A stretch of 64,000 nucleotides of DNA from an uncultured Rikenella sp. (GTDB lineage: Bacteria > Bacteroidota > Bacteroidia > Bacteroidales > VadinHA17). The DNA is taken from assembly GCA_964621005.1 (NCBI GenBank), contig CAZUIF010000007.1:89955-153954 (forward strand), read 5' to 3'. The translations under genes were made by a program, and so were the position numbers. Position 1 is the stretch's first letter. Each line of letters opens with the position of its first letter. Under the pieces are notes generated by a model. It was not told the origin of the DNA, made no database searches, and saw only the letters and a list, made by a program, of their open reading frames with translations. Shown one piece after another: positions 35,247-45,616 of the stretch.

Positions 35247-36198
35247 TCAAATTCAGTGTGTCCTTTATGAGATAACGATTCCGGTCCGCAGAGCGCCTGT
35301 TTACAAGCTCCGCGAGGAATCCTGTCAGGAACAGGAATGACCCTATGATCATTACTGCCAGGGCAATATAGAAGTAAGGACTGTCTGTGACTAGCGGGGC
35401 CCTCATGTTCTGCCATACGAACAAAAGCTTCCGGACGCCAAGGTACGCAGCCATTATGAACCCGGTAATGAACATCAGTGTACCCAGGGCACCGAAGAAA
35501 TGCATCGGGCTCTTGCTGAACCGGGTTATAAAACTGATCGTCAGCATATCGAGGTAGCCCTTGAGAAACCTGTCAAGACCGTATTTCGTTACGCCGTACT
35601 TGCGGGCACGGTGCTGGACAACCTTCTCTCCGATGTTCCTGAATCCGGCTTCACGTGCCAGCATCGGAATATACCTGTGCATCTCGCCGTATACCTCGAT
35701 GCTCTTTACCACCTCACCGTCATAGGCTTTGAGCCCGCAATTGAAGTCGTGCAGCTTTATTCCCGAGAATTTTCTTGCCGTATAGTTGTAAAGCTTTGAT
35801 GTGGTTCGCTTAATGAACGGATCATACCTCTTCTTCTTCCACCCGGAGACTATATGATACCCTTCCTCCCGTATCATCCTCACAAGTTCGGGAATTTCGT
35901 CGGGGCTGTCCTGCAGGTCAGCGTCCATCGTTATTACAACTTCGCCGGAGGCTTCACCGAAGCCTGTCTGAAGGGCTGCCGCCTTGCCGTAGTTGCGGCG
36001 GAAACGCACACCCTTTATCCGGCTGTCAGCGGCTGAGAGGCGCCTGACGGCATCCCATGTTCCGTCTGAGCTTCCGTCATCTATGATTATTACTTCATAG
36101 CTGATTGATGACCCGGTACAAACCCTGTCAATCCACTCTGCCAGCTCAGGCAGTGACTCCGCTTCGTTATAAGCGGGAACTACAACGGTAAGATCCAT
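35236..36198 (-). CDS. Glycosyltransferase family 2 (polyprenol-phosphate sugar transferase-like) with C-terminal TM helices
   Basis: 320-aa ORF with VVVPAYNEAESL...VIIIDDGSSDGT...ITMDADLQD. Two hydrophobic C-terminal segments follow. Confidence 0.8.
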   Translation of the reverse strand: MDLTVVVPAYNEAESLPELAEWIDRVCTGSSISYEVIIIDDGSSDGTWDAVRRLSAADSRIKGVRFRRNYGKAAALQTGFGEASGEVVITMDADLQDSPDEIPELVRMIREEGYHIVSGWKKKRYDPFIKRTTSKLYNYTARKFSGIKLHDFNCGLKAYDGEVVKSIEVYGEMHRYIPMLAREAGFRNIGEKVVQHRARKYGVTKYGLDRFLKGYLDMLTISFITRFSKSPMHFFGALGTLMFITGFIMAAYLGVRKLLFVWQNMRAPLVTDSPYFYIALAVMIIGSFLFLTGFLAELVNRRSADRNRYLIKDTLNLSRQ

Positions 36199-36200
36199 TT

Positions 36201-36758
36201 TTATTGCTTCGGTTCTTCTTCGGCCTCGTCAAGGAGAGGGTTGCCTTTCTTCATTACAAAAAGTGAAACTATCAGGGACAGGATAAATCCGTAGAAGATG
36301 CTTGAAATAGTGGCCATCAAGGTTGTGAACCAGGGAGTCATCATCTTTGCCTGCCTTTCCATGATGGCATCAAGTGAACCTTCCGGCAGACCCCTCTGAG
36401 CCATCCTGGCCTGCATCCTCTCTTCGGTGACTGCCAGTGATTTGTCAATCAGGTCCGGGTCAATTACCGAATAGAGAAGGTAAATGTAGACTGCGGCAAT
36501 TATTGCTGCATAGATATTGATAATCACTCCTGCGCCAACTGATTTGCCGTACGCTATGTAACCGTTGTTGTAATGATCACGGTAGGAGCGAAGGAGGAAA
36601 AACAGAACCACGATGCTGAGCAGCATGCTCGGCCAGACAATCCATGTCTTGAAGGTGAGATCAAACATGTAGGTAAGCACGGAGAACACAACCGTGATGA
36701 GACCCATGATGACCCCGTAATTCAGGTTTTCTTTCCACATTGACCTTTTCTGTTCCAT
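36201..36758 (-). CDS. DUF4199-family small membrane protein
   Basis: The start is taken at MEQKRSMWKENLNYGVIMGLITVVFSVLTY..., and there are four hydrophobic segments. The pairing with the upstream GT2 gene is typical of Bacteroidota. The ORF track has a longer start at 36812. Confidence 0.6.
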   Translation of the reverse strand: MEQKRSMWKENLNYGVIMGLITVVFSVLTYMFDLTFKTWIVWPSMLLSIVVLFFLLRSYRDHYNNGYIAYGKSVGAGVIINIYAAIIAAVYIYLLYSVIDPDLIDKSLAVTEERMQARMAQRGLPEGSLDAIMERQAKMMTPWFTTLMATISSIFYGFILSLIVSLFVMKKGNPLLDEAEEEPKQ

Positions 36759-36861
36759 TTTAATGCGTTTTTCAGATTTTGAAAACAAATATACTTCATT
36801 TGCCCGAATCACCGGGCGAAATAAAGAGTATCCAATATTTGGTACACCGCATAAAAGTTAC

Positions 36862-36869
36862 TATTTTTG
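36862..36869 (+). promoter_or_regulatory. Candidate -7 promoter box (TATTTTTG) for the SRP RNA
   Basis: TAnnTTTG ends 4 nt before the predicted SRP RNA 5' end. Confidence 0.4.
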
Positions 36870-36872
36870 CGC

Positions 36873-36972
36873 AGGGTAAGTCTCATACGACCAGCTCCCT
36901 TTGAACTCCCCCAGGGTCGGAAGGCAGCAAGGGTAGAAGGTTGTAGCGGTGCGATGTGAGTAGCTTACCCTC
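36873..36972 (+). ncRNA. ffs: Signal recognition particle RNA (small bacterial 4.5S type)
   Basis: It contains CCAGGGTCGGAAGGCAGCAAGGGTAG, matching the conserved domain IV motif (E. coli CAGGUCCGGAAGGAAGCAGCCAAGGCAG) with a GGAA tetraloop. The 5' AGGGTAAG pairs with the 3' CTTACCCT, and a T9 run follows. Confidence 0.8.
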
Positions 36973-37029
36973 TTTTTTTTTATCCCTCTCGACGGAAGTT
37001 CATATATTTGTCGCCACTTAACACAAGCG

Positions 37030-37644
37030 ATGCTGCTCAAGATATACCCGCAGAACCCGAACCCTGACCATGTGCGCAGGGTAACGTTCGTCCTGGAACA
37101 GGGCGGGATCGTCATTTATCCTACCGATACTATCTATGCGATGGGCTGTGACATCAGGGCATCAAAGGCTATTGACAGGATAGCAAGGTTCAAGGGGCTT
37201 AACCCCGGCAATCCTGATATGTCAATGATATTTGAATCAATGAGCCAGCTGTCGGAGTATACAGTCATTCACGACAATAATCTGTTCAGGCTGCTTAAGC
37301 GAAATCTTCCCGGCCCCTTTACCTTCATCGTACCGGCCAACAACCAGATACCGGCGATGTTCAAGCACCGCAAGAAGACACTGGGTATCCGTATTCCTGA
37401 CAACAGCATCACGATGGCCATCGTGCGCGACCTGGGCCGGCCGCTGATGACAACCTCCATTCACGATAATGACGAGATCATCGAGTATATCACCGATCCG
37501 GAGCTGATCCACGAAAAGTATGATGATTTTGCCGACCTGGTAGTAGACGGCGGGTTTGGCGGCAATGAGCCTTCAACCGTGGTTGACTGCACCGGGCCGG
37601 AGCCGGTCATCCTGAGGCAGGGTACCGGCGTACTCGAATACTGA
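37030..37644 (+). CDS. tsaC: L-threonylcarbamoyladenylate synthase (YrdC/Sua5 family)
   Basis: 204-aa ORF with GGIVIYPTDTIYAMGCD...LPGPFTFIV...LGIRIPD. Confidence 0.85.
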   Translation: MLLKIYPQNPNPDHVRRVTFVLEQGGIVIYPTDTIYAMGCDIRASKAIDRIARFKGLNPGNPDMSMIFESMSQLSEYTVIHDNNLFRLLKRNLPGPFTFIVPANNQIPAMFKHRKKTLGIRIPDNSITMAIVRDLGRPLMTTSIHDNDEIIEYITDPELIHEKYDDFADLVVDGGFGGNEPSTVVDCTGPEPVILRQGTGVLEY

Positions 37645-37699
37645 GCGTGTGAGTGCCCGGGGCAGGGAATGGCCGTGCCCGGGTATTGAACCGCCGGTC

Positions 37700-39052
37700 T
37701 CAGTGCTTTTCTCCGGTAAAGAACTTATTCAGCTTGTCAAATGCCGTGGGAAGTGCAAACACCACCACCTTGTCATTGGCCTGTATGAGGCTGTCACCGG
37801 TGGCGATATAGGATTTATAGTTGCGGATGCCTCCGCCAACTATTGCATCCTTCGGGAAATCGATCAGCTTCAGCGGTCCTCCGGTAATGCGTGCACCTTC
37901 GGGGACATTGTATTCAATTACCTCCGCTTCGGTGCCTGTCATCATCTTGACCTGTGTGACGTTCGGGTTCATCGTGTGTCTGAAGATGCGGCTTGCGGTG
38001 GCGATCTTCTTGTTTATTATAGTGTCAATGCCTGAGTTCTCCGCAAGGTTAATGTATTCCATGTTTTCAATCTCGGCGATTGTCTTCATAACGCCTATCT
38101 TCTTGGCGAGGAGGCAGGAGAGAATATTCGTCTCCGAGTTACCGGTCACGGCCACGAAGGCATCCATATGCTGGAGCCCTTCTTCGGCCAGCAGTTCACC
38201 GTTCCTGCCGTCGCCGTTGATCACAAGGGTCTCTTCAAGAGCCTCTGCCAGGTCTCGGCACTTCTCCATATCAATGTCAATAAGTTTCACCTGGCAGTCG
38301 TGCTGAAGTTTCAGGGCGATATGCCTTCCGATGCGGCTCCCACCGAGGATCATGATGCTCTTGGCCTGAACGTTCTTCTTGCCGGAGAACTTCATGAGGT
38401 CAGAAATGCCCTCCTTTGTTGAAATTACAAAGGCCAGGTCACCTTCCCTGAACTCTTCCTTGCCGCGCGGTATGATAGTTTTTTCGTCTCTTTTGATGGC
38501 AACAGCCCTGTACTTGTATGAGCCCAGGGAGTGAGTAACTTCCTCGAGGGTTTTATTAAGCACCGGGGCATTTTTCTCAAGCTTCTGAACATAGAGGGAG
38601 AGCAATCCTCCGGCAAAGTCCATGAATTCCGTCGTTCCCGTCTCTTTCAGAAGGCTGATGACCTCCTTGGCAGCGATAAGTTCAGGGTATATCAGGTGGT
38701 CTATTCCCATCTCGCGGAAGAACTCCTTGTTGCTCCGCTCAAGATACTCCATGTTATCAATGCGGGCTATCACCTTTCGTGCGCCAAGTCTCTTCGCAAG
38801 GATGGCTGAAGTGATGTTGGTGTCCTCATAGTGGGCAACTGCAATAAAGAGATCTGTATTCTTCTTGACTGCCTCCTTGAGTATATTTATTGATGTTGCG
38901 GATCCTTCATATGTCAGCACATCAATAGATGCGTCAACCGGCTTTAGCCGTTCCACCTCCGAGTCAATAAGTATTATCTCGTGTTCGCTCTGCGAGAGCA
39001 TCTTGGCAAGGTGTGTTCCCACCTCGCCTGCACCTGCAATGACTATTCTCAT
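37700..39052 (-). CDS. trkA: Trk potassium uptake system NAD-binding subunit
   Basis: 450-aa ORF with duplicated RCK/TrkA-N modules. Module starts are MRIVIAGAGEVGTHLAKML and IMILGGSRIGRHIALKL. Confidence 0.88.
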   Translation of the reverse strand: MRIVIAGAGEVGTHLAKMLSQSEHEIILIDSEVERLKPVDASIDVLTYEGSATSINILKEAVKKNTDLFIAVAHYEDTNITSAILAKRLGARKVIARIDNMEYLERSNKEFFREMGIDHLIYPELIAAKEVISLLKETGTTEFMDFAGGLLSLYVQKLEKNAPVLNKTLEEVTHSLGSYKYRAVAIKRDEKTIIPRGKEEFREGDLAFVISTKEGISDLMKFSGKKNVQAKSIMILGGSRIGRHIALKLQHDCQVKLIDIDMEKCRDLAEALEETLVINGDGRNGELLAEEGLQHMDAFVAVTGNSETNILSCLLAKKIGVMKTIAEIENMEYINLAENSGIDTIINKKIATASRIFRHTMNPNVTQVKMMTGTEAEVIEYNVPEGARITGGPLKLIDFPKDAIVGGGIRNYKSYIATGDSLIQANDKVVVFALPTAFDKLNKFFTGEKH

Positions 39053-39095
39053 TTCTGCCTTGATAAAAACAGGGCAAAGTTATACAAAAGAAATG

Positions 39096-40832
39096 TCACC
39101 CGGGGTCAATCAGTTCAATCTTTAATCCGCGTGTGTCGGCATGTTTCCGCACCTCCGGAGGTATTCCGCCCTGTGAGAAGGGAACAAGCAGTATCCTTCC
39201 GTGCTGCCTGACCGTGAGCCTGTCACCCCTGATATTGTATGTAATGACCCGGTCGCGGTGCATCTCTTTCACTGTTTTGACCCCGTTGCAGGCTACCAGG
39301 AGTATGGCTGCTGCGAGGAAAGGCCTGAGGGTAATACGGGAAGTGCGTAGCAGGGCCGTGAGTAGCAATGCCGAGGTGACTGTCAGCAGAATGGTTTCTG
39401 TGGCGGACATGCCGATATTTGATATTACACCGTGATCAGTTGAGCTGATCGCAGCAGTAAAACTGAGGGTGAAGCCGGCCAGGCGGTCAAGAAGCAGCGC
39501 CAGAAAGGATGCAATGGCCGGCAGGGGTGATGCTGCCAGCATCAGCATTGCCAGCACCAGAACCGCGAAGGAGATCGGGATGACGACAATATTTGTAAGC
39601 AGGAACATGAGGGGAAAGATGTTGAAGAGCCTTACAGACAGTGCCAGGGTTCCTGCCTGCGCAACCAGAGAAACTGCAGTCATCTGCCACAGGTAGTCAA
39701 AAAGTCTGTTCCTGATTTTTACGAGCCTGTAAAGCGGGGCATAAAACGTGATTATGAAGCCTACGGCAATATACGACAGCTGGAATCCGGCTTCAAAAAT
39801 GACGGAAGGGTGAGCGGCAATTATAATGAATGCCGATGCAAGCAGGTTATTCATTCCTGCTGCTGGCCTGTTAAGAATGCCTCCGGCCTGGAGGAATGTA
39901 AACATGATTGTGGCACGCAAGACCGAAGGGGTAAGGCCGGTGATAAACGCAAATCCCCAGAGAGCGGGCACTATTATAAGCGCCCTGGCACGCCTCAGCC
40001 GTCCCTTCATGAAGAAGAGGAGCCATGAGAGGGCCATGCTGATCATCCCTACATGCAATCCTGATACTGCCATTATATGCATTGCGCCTGATCTTGAGAA
40101 GGAGGTCAGCCTTTCCTTTTCAAGAAGTTCCTTGTCACCTATGGTAAGAGCCGTGATCAGGCCGAGGGATTCACCCTCCAGTCCAGCCCGGCGGAAAGCC
40201 TCAATCATCCCATGGGCCACTATGAGTGACCTTTCCCTTACTGTACGGTGGCTACCCGACTGAAAACCGGTGATGTCACCGGATCTGAAAAAAGCCATGT
40301 ATTTTATCCCCTGTCCCTCCATGTACCGCCGGTAGTTGAATTCGCAGGGATTGCCGTTATTCTCAATCTTTACAGGCCTGGCACGAAGACGAATGATGTC
40401 TCCCGGCTTCCAGGCCGAAGGGATAGTGTCAGTGATGAACCAGAGAAGCATTGACCCTTGGGGGGAGGTTACCGTGTCTGCATTTCCGGCGCTGAGTATT
40501 CGGGCCCGCAGTGAGCAGCCGTTGTTGCCCCTGTCCGGATACCCGGATAAACGCAGGGTGATCTCCTGCCTTCCGGCATCAGGTTCATCAAGCTTCATCC
40601 GCTCGGCGCTGCGCAGAAGGTAACCTGCCGTTAAAAGGAAAAGTATCAGGGCTGCACCGGATACGGTGTCTTCATGATAGCCTCTGTGCATTAGCCGCAA
40701 ACTCATTACTGCCAGGGCAAGAAGAGCTACCCCGGCTGTGGCAACGATCAGACAAGGCAGGTATTCTGCCCAGATCACACCGGCACACAGCGGAACAGTA
40801 AGTCTCAGGAACGGTATTTTCCTGAATTCCAC
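39096..40832 (-). CDS. comEC: ComEC/Rec2-family membrane protein (DUF4131 + competence domain; no obvious metallo-beta-lactamase domain)
   Basis: 578-aa polytopic ORF. The competence-domain motif is SGAMHIMAVSGLHVGMI. No HxHxDH motif follows the last TM segment. Confidence 0.75.
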   Translation of the reverse strand: MEFRKIPFLRLTVPLCAGVIWAEYLPCLIVATAGVALLALAVMSLRLMHRGYHEDTVSGAALILFLLTAGYLLRSAERMKLDEPDAGRQEITLRLSGYPDRGNNGCSLRARILSAGNADTVTSPQGSMLLWFITDTIPSAWKPGDIIRLRARPVKIENNGNPCEFNYRRYMEGQGIKYMAFFRSGDITGFQSGSHRTVRERSLIVAHGMIEAFRRAGLEGESLGLITALTIGDKELLEKERLTSFSRSGAMHIMAVSGLHVGMISMALSWLLFFMKGRLRRARALIIVPALWGFAFITGLTPSVLRATIMFTFLQAGGILNRPAAGMNNLLASAFIIIAAHPSVIFEAGFQLSYIAVGFIITFYAPLYRLVKIRNRLFDYLWQMTAVSLVAQAGTLALSVRLFNIFPLMFLLTNIVVIPISFAVLVLAMLMLAASPLPAIASFLALLLDRLAGFTLSFTAAISSTDHGVISNIGMSATETILLTVTSALLLTALLRTSRITLRPFLAAAILLVACNGVKTVKEMHRDRVITYNIRGDRLTVRQHGRILLVPFSQGGIPPEVRKHADTRGLKIELIDPG

Positions 40833-40896
40833 GGGTCAGCAGCTTAAGACCCATGTAAGTTAAGAAATTTATGAATACCGGTCAAATCCGGTTTGA

Positions 40897-41457
40897 TCAC
40901 CTGCCGTTCGGAAGGACGGTACGGTAGGTGGCTTCAAATTTACCCTTGCTGATATCATTCAGTTTACCCTTTATAAGGCGCCTGCGGAGCGGGCTGAGCA
41001 AGTCAGGGAACAGGATGCCGTCAAGATGGTCATACTCATGGAGGACAACCCTGGCCTTGTAACCTGTGTAGACCTCGTCCCGGAAGTTCCACTGCCGGTC
41101 ATAGTACTGAATGCGTATTTCAGATTCACGGTCAACCTCCTCATGAATGCCGGGAAGGCTAAGGCAGCCCTCGTTCATCGGGACTTTGGTTCCCCTTCGT
41201 TCAACAACCTTCGGGTTGATGAAGGCCTGTTTGAAATCCTTCATTTCAGGGTGGTCCTCTGCAAGTGGTTCGCCGTCAATCACAAACAGCCTGATCGATT
41301 TTCCTATCTGCGGCGCTGCAAGACCGAGGCCGTCAGACTTGTACATCGTTTCGAACATGTCTTCGATAAACCTGTCAAGGTCAGGATGATTGCGGTCTAT
41401 ATCCTGTGCCACCTTTCTCAGGACCGGATGCCCGTATACGTAAATTGGGTATGTCAT
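40897..41457 (-). CDS. def: Peptide deformylase
   Basis: 186-aa ORF with motifs GLGLAAPQIG, EGCLSLPG and HEYDHL. Confidence 0.93.
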   Translation of the reverse strand: MTYPIYVYGHPVLRKVAQDIDRNHPDLDRFIEDMFETMYKSDGLGLAAPQIGKSIRLFVIDGEPLAEDHPEMKDFKQAFINPKVVERRGTKVPMNEGCLSLPGIHEEVDRESEIRIQYYDRQWNFRDEVYTGYKARVVLHEYDHLDGILFPDLLSPLRRRLIKGKLNDISKGKFEATYRTVLPNGR

Positions 41458-41464
41458 TTTTACT

Positions 41465-41893
41465 TCAGTTCCTGTTTTTGTTTTCCTGTGCCCTCAGCCA
41501 CGACTGGAGTATAATTGATGCACTTATACGGTCAGTCATAGCCTTGTCACGCCTGCCGCTTCTGCTTACTCCTCCCTCAATCATCGCCTGCATGGCCATT
41601 TGTGATGTGAAGCGTTCATCAGCAAGGTGCAGCGGTGTTTCCGGGAAAACCTTCCTGAACCTGGCAATGAACGGATCAATGTATTTTACGCTTTCACTTG
41701 GTAAATTGTTCACCGTAACAGGGTAACCTATCACTACATCCGTAACGTTCTCACGCGGTATATAATCACGGAGAAAGGCTTCCAGCTGTCCTGACGGGAC
41801 AGTGAGAAGGGGAGAGGCGATGATTCTCATCGGATCGGTGACCGCCAGCCCGCATCTCTTTCTTCCGTAGTCTATTGCCAGTGCCCTGCCCAC
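41465..41893 (-). CDS. ruvX: Holliday junction resolvase-like / pre-16S rRNA nuclease (YqgF)
   Basis: 142-aa ORF with GRALAIDYGRKRCGLAVTDP and ...DERFTSQMA. Confidence 0.88.
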   Translation of the reverse strand: MGRALAIDYGRKRCGLAVTDPMRIIASPLLTVPSGQLEAFLRDYIPRENVTDVVIGYPVTVNNLPSESVKYIDPFIARFRKVFPETPLHLADERFTSQMAMQAMIEGGVSRSGRRDKAMTDRISASIILQSWLRAQENKNRN

Positions 41894-41950
41894 AGTGGGT
41901 GAAAGGTTAATATTGTTTCCAATTACCGCGCAAATTTACCGGTTTTCTTC

Positions 41951-41987
41951 CATAAAAAGAAGAGAGCCGGTTTGGTCCGGCTCTCTT
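41951..41987 (-). terminator. Rho-independent terminator downstream of nifJ
   Basis: The stem is AGAGAGCCGG (41961-41970) / CCGGCTCTCT (41977-41986) with loop TTTGGT. On the minus strand TCTTTTTATGG follows. Confidence 0.6.
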
Positions 41988-42005
41988 TTGATAAGGATAA
42001 CAGCT

Positions 42006-45000
42006 TTATTCTGTTTTGGTTTCAGCTTCTGCAGTGACGGCACCGAACTGCATCTCAGAGAGACGCCTGTAGGTGTTGTACCTCCATTTAGCATTTTCCT
42101 CTGCCTGTTTGAACAGCAGGTCAGCTTCTCCTGGGAAGTCCTTCAGCAGAGAGGTATAACGTACCTCTGACTTAAGGAAATCCTGGAACTTGCTCCAGTC
42201 TGGCTCCTTGGAGTCGAGCTGGAACGGATTCTTGCCCTCTGCCTCAAGGCGCGGGTCAAACCTGTAGTTATGCCAGTATCCTGAGGTAACTGCGTCTTCA
42301 GCCTGCTGCTGTGTCTTGCCCATGCCGTTGCGGAGGCCGTGGTTGATACAGGGTGAGTAGGCGATGATGAGTGACGGCCCGGGATATTCCTCTGCCTCAC
42401 GTATAGCCTTGAAATACTGGTTCTGGCTTGAGCCCATAGACACCTGTGCCACATATACATAACCGTAGCTCATGGCCATCTGGCCGAGGTCCTTCTTGCG
42501 GATCTTCTTTCCTGATGCTGCAAACTTGGCAACTGCGCCGGCAGGTGTGGACTTGGAAGCCTGTCCGCCTGTGTTGGAATATACTTCAGTGTCAAGCACA
42601 AGGACGTTGATGTTCTCGCCGGAGGCAAGCACATGGTCGAGGCCGCCGTAGCCGATATCATAAGCCCATCCGTCACCGCCGAATACCCAGAATGATTTCT
42701 TTACAAGGTATTCCTTCAGTCCGAGGATCTCACCGCAGACGGGAGACTTGTCCTTTTCACAGGCTGCTATTACCTTTTCAGCAACAGCCCTGGAGACTTT
42801 GGCATTATCCTTTTCTGCAATCCATTCGTTGAAGGCTGCAACTGTTTCGGGAGCGAGGCCGCTGCCGAGGCTCTCCTTCATCAGGCGCTCAAGGCGTTCC
42901 CTGATGCGGGTTGCACCGAGCATAATCCCGAATCCGTATTCGGCATTGTCTTCAAACAGTGAGTTTGCCCATGCCGGACCGTGACCGTTCTTGTTAGTCG
43001 TGTAAGGCATAGAGGGTGCAGAACCACCGTAGATTGATGAACAACCGGTAGCATTTGCAATAACCATCCTGTCACCGAAGAGCTGGGTAATGGCCTTGAT
43101 GTAAGGCGTCTCACCGCATCCTGCGCATGCTCCCGAGAACTCGAAGAGAGGTTGTGCAAACTGTGAGTTCTTGACGTTAGTATACTTGTCAACAACGGTA
43201 TCCTTGTATCCGACCTTCTCATGCATGTAGGTCCATCTTTCAGCCTGCTCAAGCTGTGTCTCAAGCGGCTTCATTATGAGTGACTTCTCCTTTGAGGGGC
43301 ACACATCGGCACAGTTGCCGCAACCGGTACAGTCATAAACACTTACCTGGATCCTGAACTTGTGGCTCTTTGTGTTTCCGATACCCTGTTTTGCCGTAGT
43401 GCCTGCAGGCGCTGCAGCCAGTTCCTCATCTGTAAGAAGGAAGGGACGGATTGCAGCGTGAGGACATACATATGAACACTGGTTGCACTGGATGCACTTA
43501 TCCACCTGCCACTCCGGTACGTTCACCGCAATGCCGCGCTTTTCAAATGCTGCTGTCCCTGCCGGGAAAGTACCATCCTCGCGACCCACAAATGCACTGA
43601 CCGGAAGATCATCGCCCCTGAGTCCGTTGATGACATCCACAACATCGCGTATGAAGGCAGGTTTACTGCTGTCTTCATTCACTGCTGTCACCTTTATGTT
43701 TGCCCATTCTGCCGGTATCTCAACCTTTGTAACATCGCCGCCGCGGTCAATGGCATCGTTGTTCATCTTCACAACGTTCTCACCTTTCTTGCCGTAGGCC
43801 TTGATTACTGCATGCTTCATCTCGTCAACCGCAAGCTTGTAGGGAATCACTTCCGAAACCTTGAAGAAGGCGCTCTGCATGATGGTGTTTGTCCTTGTGC
43901 CAAGTCCCAGTTCTTCAGCAATGCTTGTAGCGTTGATTATGTAGAAGTCAATGTTGTTTTCTGCCAGGTACTTTTTCATATGGTCAGGCAGCTTGCTCTT
44001 TGTCTCTTCGGCATCCCAGATGGAATTCAGAAGGAAAGTGCCGCCTTTCTTCAGGCCCCTGAGCATGTCATACTTGTCAAGATATGCCGGTACGTGGCAT
44101 GCCACGAAGTCAGGAGTATTGACAAGGTACGGCGAACGGATGGGGTGGTCGCCAAAACGGAGATGCGAGGTCGTCACACCGCCTGATTTCTTTGAGTCGT
44201 ATGCGAAATAAGCCTGGCAATACTTGTCTGTTGTTTCGCCGATGATCTTGATGGAGTTCTTGTTTGCACCGACGGTGCCGTCTGAACCGATACCGTAAAA
44301 CTTGGCGGAGTATGTACCCTTGTGGCTTACGTTGATCTCCGGAAGGAGGGGAAGCGACCTGAAGGTAACGTCATCAACGATACCTACCGTGAACTGGTTC
44401 ATCGGTTTTGCCTGCTTCATGTTTTCGAAGACCGATATCATCTGTGCCGGTGTGGTATCCTTTGAGCTGAGACCGTAGCGTCCGCCGATTATCATTGGCT
44501 GTACTGCATTGCCGTAGAATATGTCCCTGACATCAAGGTAAAGAGGATCGCCGTTGGCTCCCGGTTCCTTCGTACGGTCAAGAACGGTGATACGTTTGAC
44601 GCTCTTCGGAAGAACGTTGAAGAGATACTTCGCCGAGAAAGGCCTGTAGAGATGAACGCTTATAAGCCCGAGCTTCTCACCCCTGGTCTCTGCCAGGTAA
44701 TCAATCACCTCCTTGATTGTTTCAGTGACTGATCCCATAGCAATAATTATGTTTTCAGCATCGGGAGCGCCGTAATAGGTAAAAGGTTTGTAGGTACGGC
44801 CGGTGATGGCTGAGATCTTCTCCATGTAATCATTGACTGTGTCGTCAAGATGGGTATAGAAGGGATTTGATGCTTCCTTGGCCTGGAAGAAGATGTCAGG
44901 GTTCTGGGCTGTACCTCTTGTAACCGGCTTGCCGGGATTGAGAGCCCTGTCACGGAATGCCATGAGAGCTTCATGGTCGACAAGCTTTTTCATATCCTCA

Positions 45001-45566
45001 ATGTTCATTTCCTCGACCTTCTGAATTTCATGCGAGGAACGGAATCCGTCAAAGAAGTGAACGAAAGGAACCCTTGACTTGATTGCTGTAAGGTGAGCTA
45101 CGCCCGCGAGGTCCATGATTTCCTGGATGCTGCCTGTGGCAAGCATTGCGAAGCCAGTCTGGCGGGTAGCATAGATATCACCGTGGTCTCCGAAGATAGA
45201 GAGTGCATGTGCAGCAACTGTACGTGCACTGACATGGAAAACACCCGGAAGAAGCTCTCCGGCAATCTTATACATGTTGGGGATCATAAGAAGAAGTCCC
45301 TGCGATGCGGTGAATGTTGACGTCAGGGCACCTGACTGAAGTGAACCGTGCACTGCACCTGCGGCGCCGGCCTCACTCTGCATCTCAACCACCTTTACCT
45401 CCTCACCGAACATGTTCTTCAGCCCGTGAGCTGCCCACTCATCGACATATTCTGCCATCGTGGAGGAAGGGGTAATCGGATAGATACAGGCCACCTCGCT
45501 GAACATATAAGCTATGTGCGATGCAGCCTGGTTGCCGTCACAAGTAATGAATTTTTTCGTTGCCAT
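42006..45566 (-). CDS. nifJ: Pyruvate:ferredoxin (flavodoxin) oxidoreductase
   Basis: 1186-aa ORF. The N-terminus reads DGNQAASHIAYMFSEVACIYPITPSS. There are two 4Fe-4S ferredoxin motifs (CIQCNQCSYVCPH, CTGCGNCADVCP) and a TPP-binding region GGDGWAYDIGYGGLDH. Confidence 0.95.
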   Translation of the reverse strand: MATKKFITCDGNQAASHIAYMFSEVACIYPITPSSTMAEYVDEWAAHGLKNMFGEEVKVVEMQSEAGAAGAVHGSLQSGALTSTFTASQGLLLMIPNMYKIAGELLPGVFHVSARTVAAHALSIFGDHGDIYATRQTGFAMLATGSIQEIMDLAGVAHLTAIKSRVPFVHFFDGFRSSHEIQKVEEMNIEDMKKLVDHEALMAFRDRALNPGKPVTRGTAQNPDIFFQAKEASNPFYTHLDDTVNDYMEKISAITGRTYKPFTYYGAPDAENIIIAMGSVTETIKEVIDYLAETRGEKLGLISVHLYRPFSAKYLFNVLPKSVKRITVLDRTKEPGANGDPLYLDVRDIFYGNAVQPMIIGGRYGLSSKDTTPAQMISVFENMKQAKPMNQFTVGIVDDVTFRSLPLLPEINVSHKGTYSAKFYGIGSDGTVGANKNSIKIIGETTDKYCQAYFAYDSKKSGGVTTSHLRFGDHPIRSPYLVNTPDFVACHVPAYLDKYDMLRGLKKGGTFLLNSIWDAEETKSKLPDHMKKYLAENNIDFYIINATSIAEELGLGTRTNTIMQSAFFKVSEVIPYKLAVDEMKHAVIKAYGKKGENVVKMNNDAIDRGGDVTKVEIPAEWANIKVTAVNEDSSKPAFIRDVVDVINGLRGDDLPVSAFVGREDGTFPAGTAAFEKRGIAVNVPEWQVDKCIQCNQCSYVCPHAAIRPFLLTDEELAAAPAGTTAKQGIGNTKSHKFRIQVSVYDCTGCGNCADVCPSKEKSLIMKPLETQLEQAERWTYMHEKVGYKDTVVDKYTNVKNSQFAQPLFEFSGACAGCGETPYIKAITQLFGDRMVIANATGCSSIYGGSAPSMPYTTNKNGHGPAWANSLFEDNAEYGFGIMLGATRIRERLERLMKESLGSGLAPETVAAFNEWIAEKDNAKVSRAVAEKVIAACEKDKSPVCGEILGLKEYLVKKSFWVFGGDGWAYDIGYGGLDHVLASGENINVLVLDTEVYSNTGGQASKSTPAGAVAKFAASGKKIRKKDLGQMAMSYGYVYVAQVSMGSSQNQYFKAIREAEEYPGPSLIIAYSPCINHGLRNGMGKTQQQAEDAVTSGYWHNYRFDPRLEAEGKNPFQLDSKEPDWSKFQDFLKSEVRYTSLLKDFPGEADLLFKQAEENAKWRYNTYRRLSEMQFGAVTAEAETKTE

Positions 45567-45616
45567 TTCTGATTATAAGTAATTAATGATCAAATAACCT
45601 TTAAAAAAATAAATTG

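Noticed and set aside
36861-37115. An 84-aa minus-strand ORF.
   Set aside because: It overlaps the SRP RNA gene and the start of tsaC on the opposite strand. The SRP RNA motif explains the conservation-like appearance.
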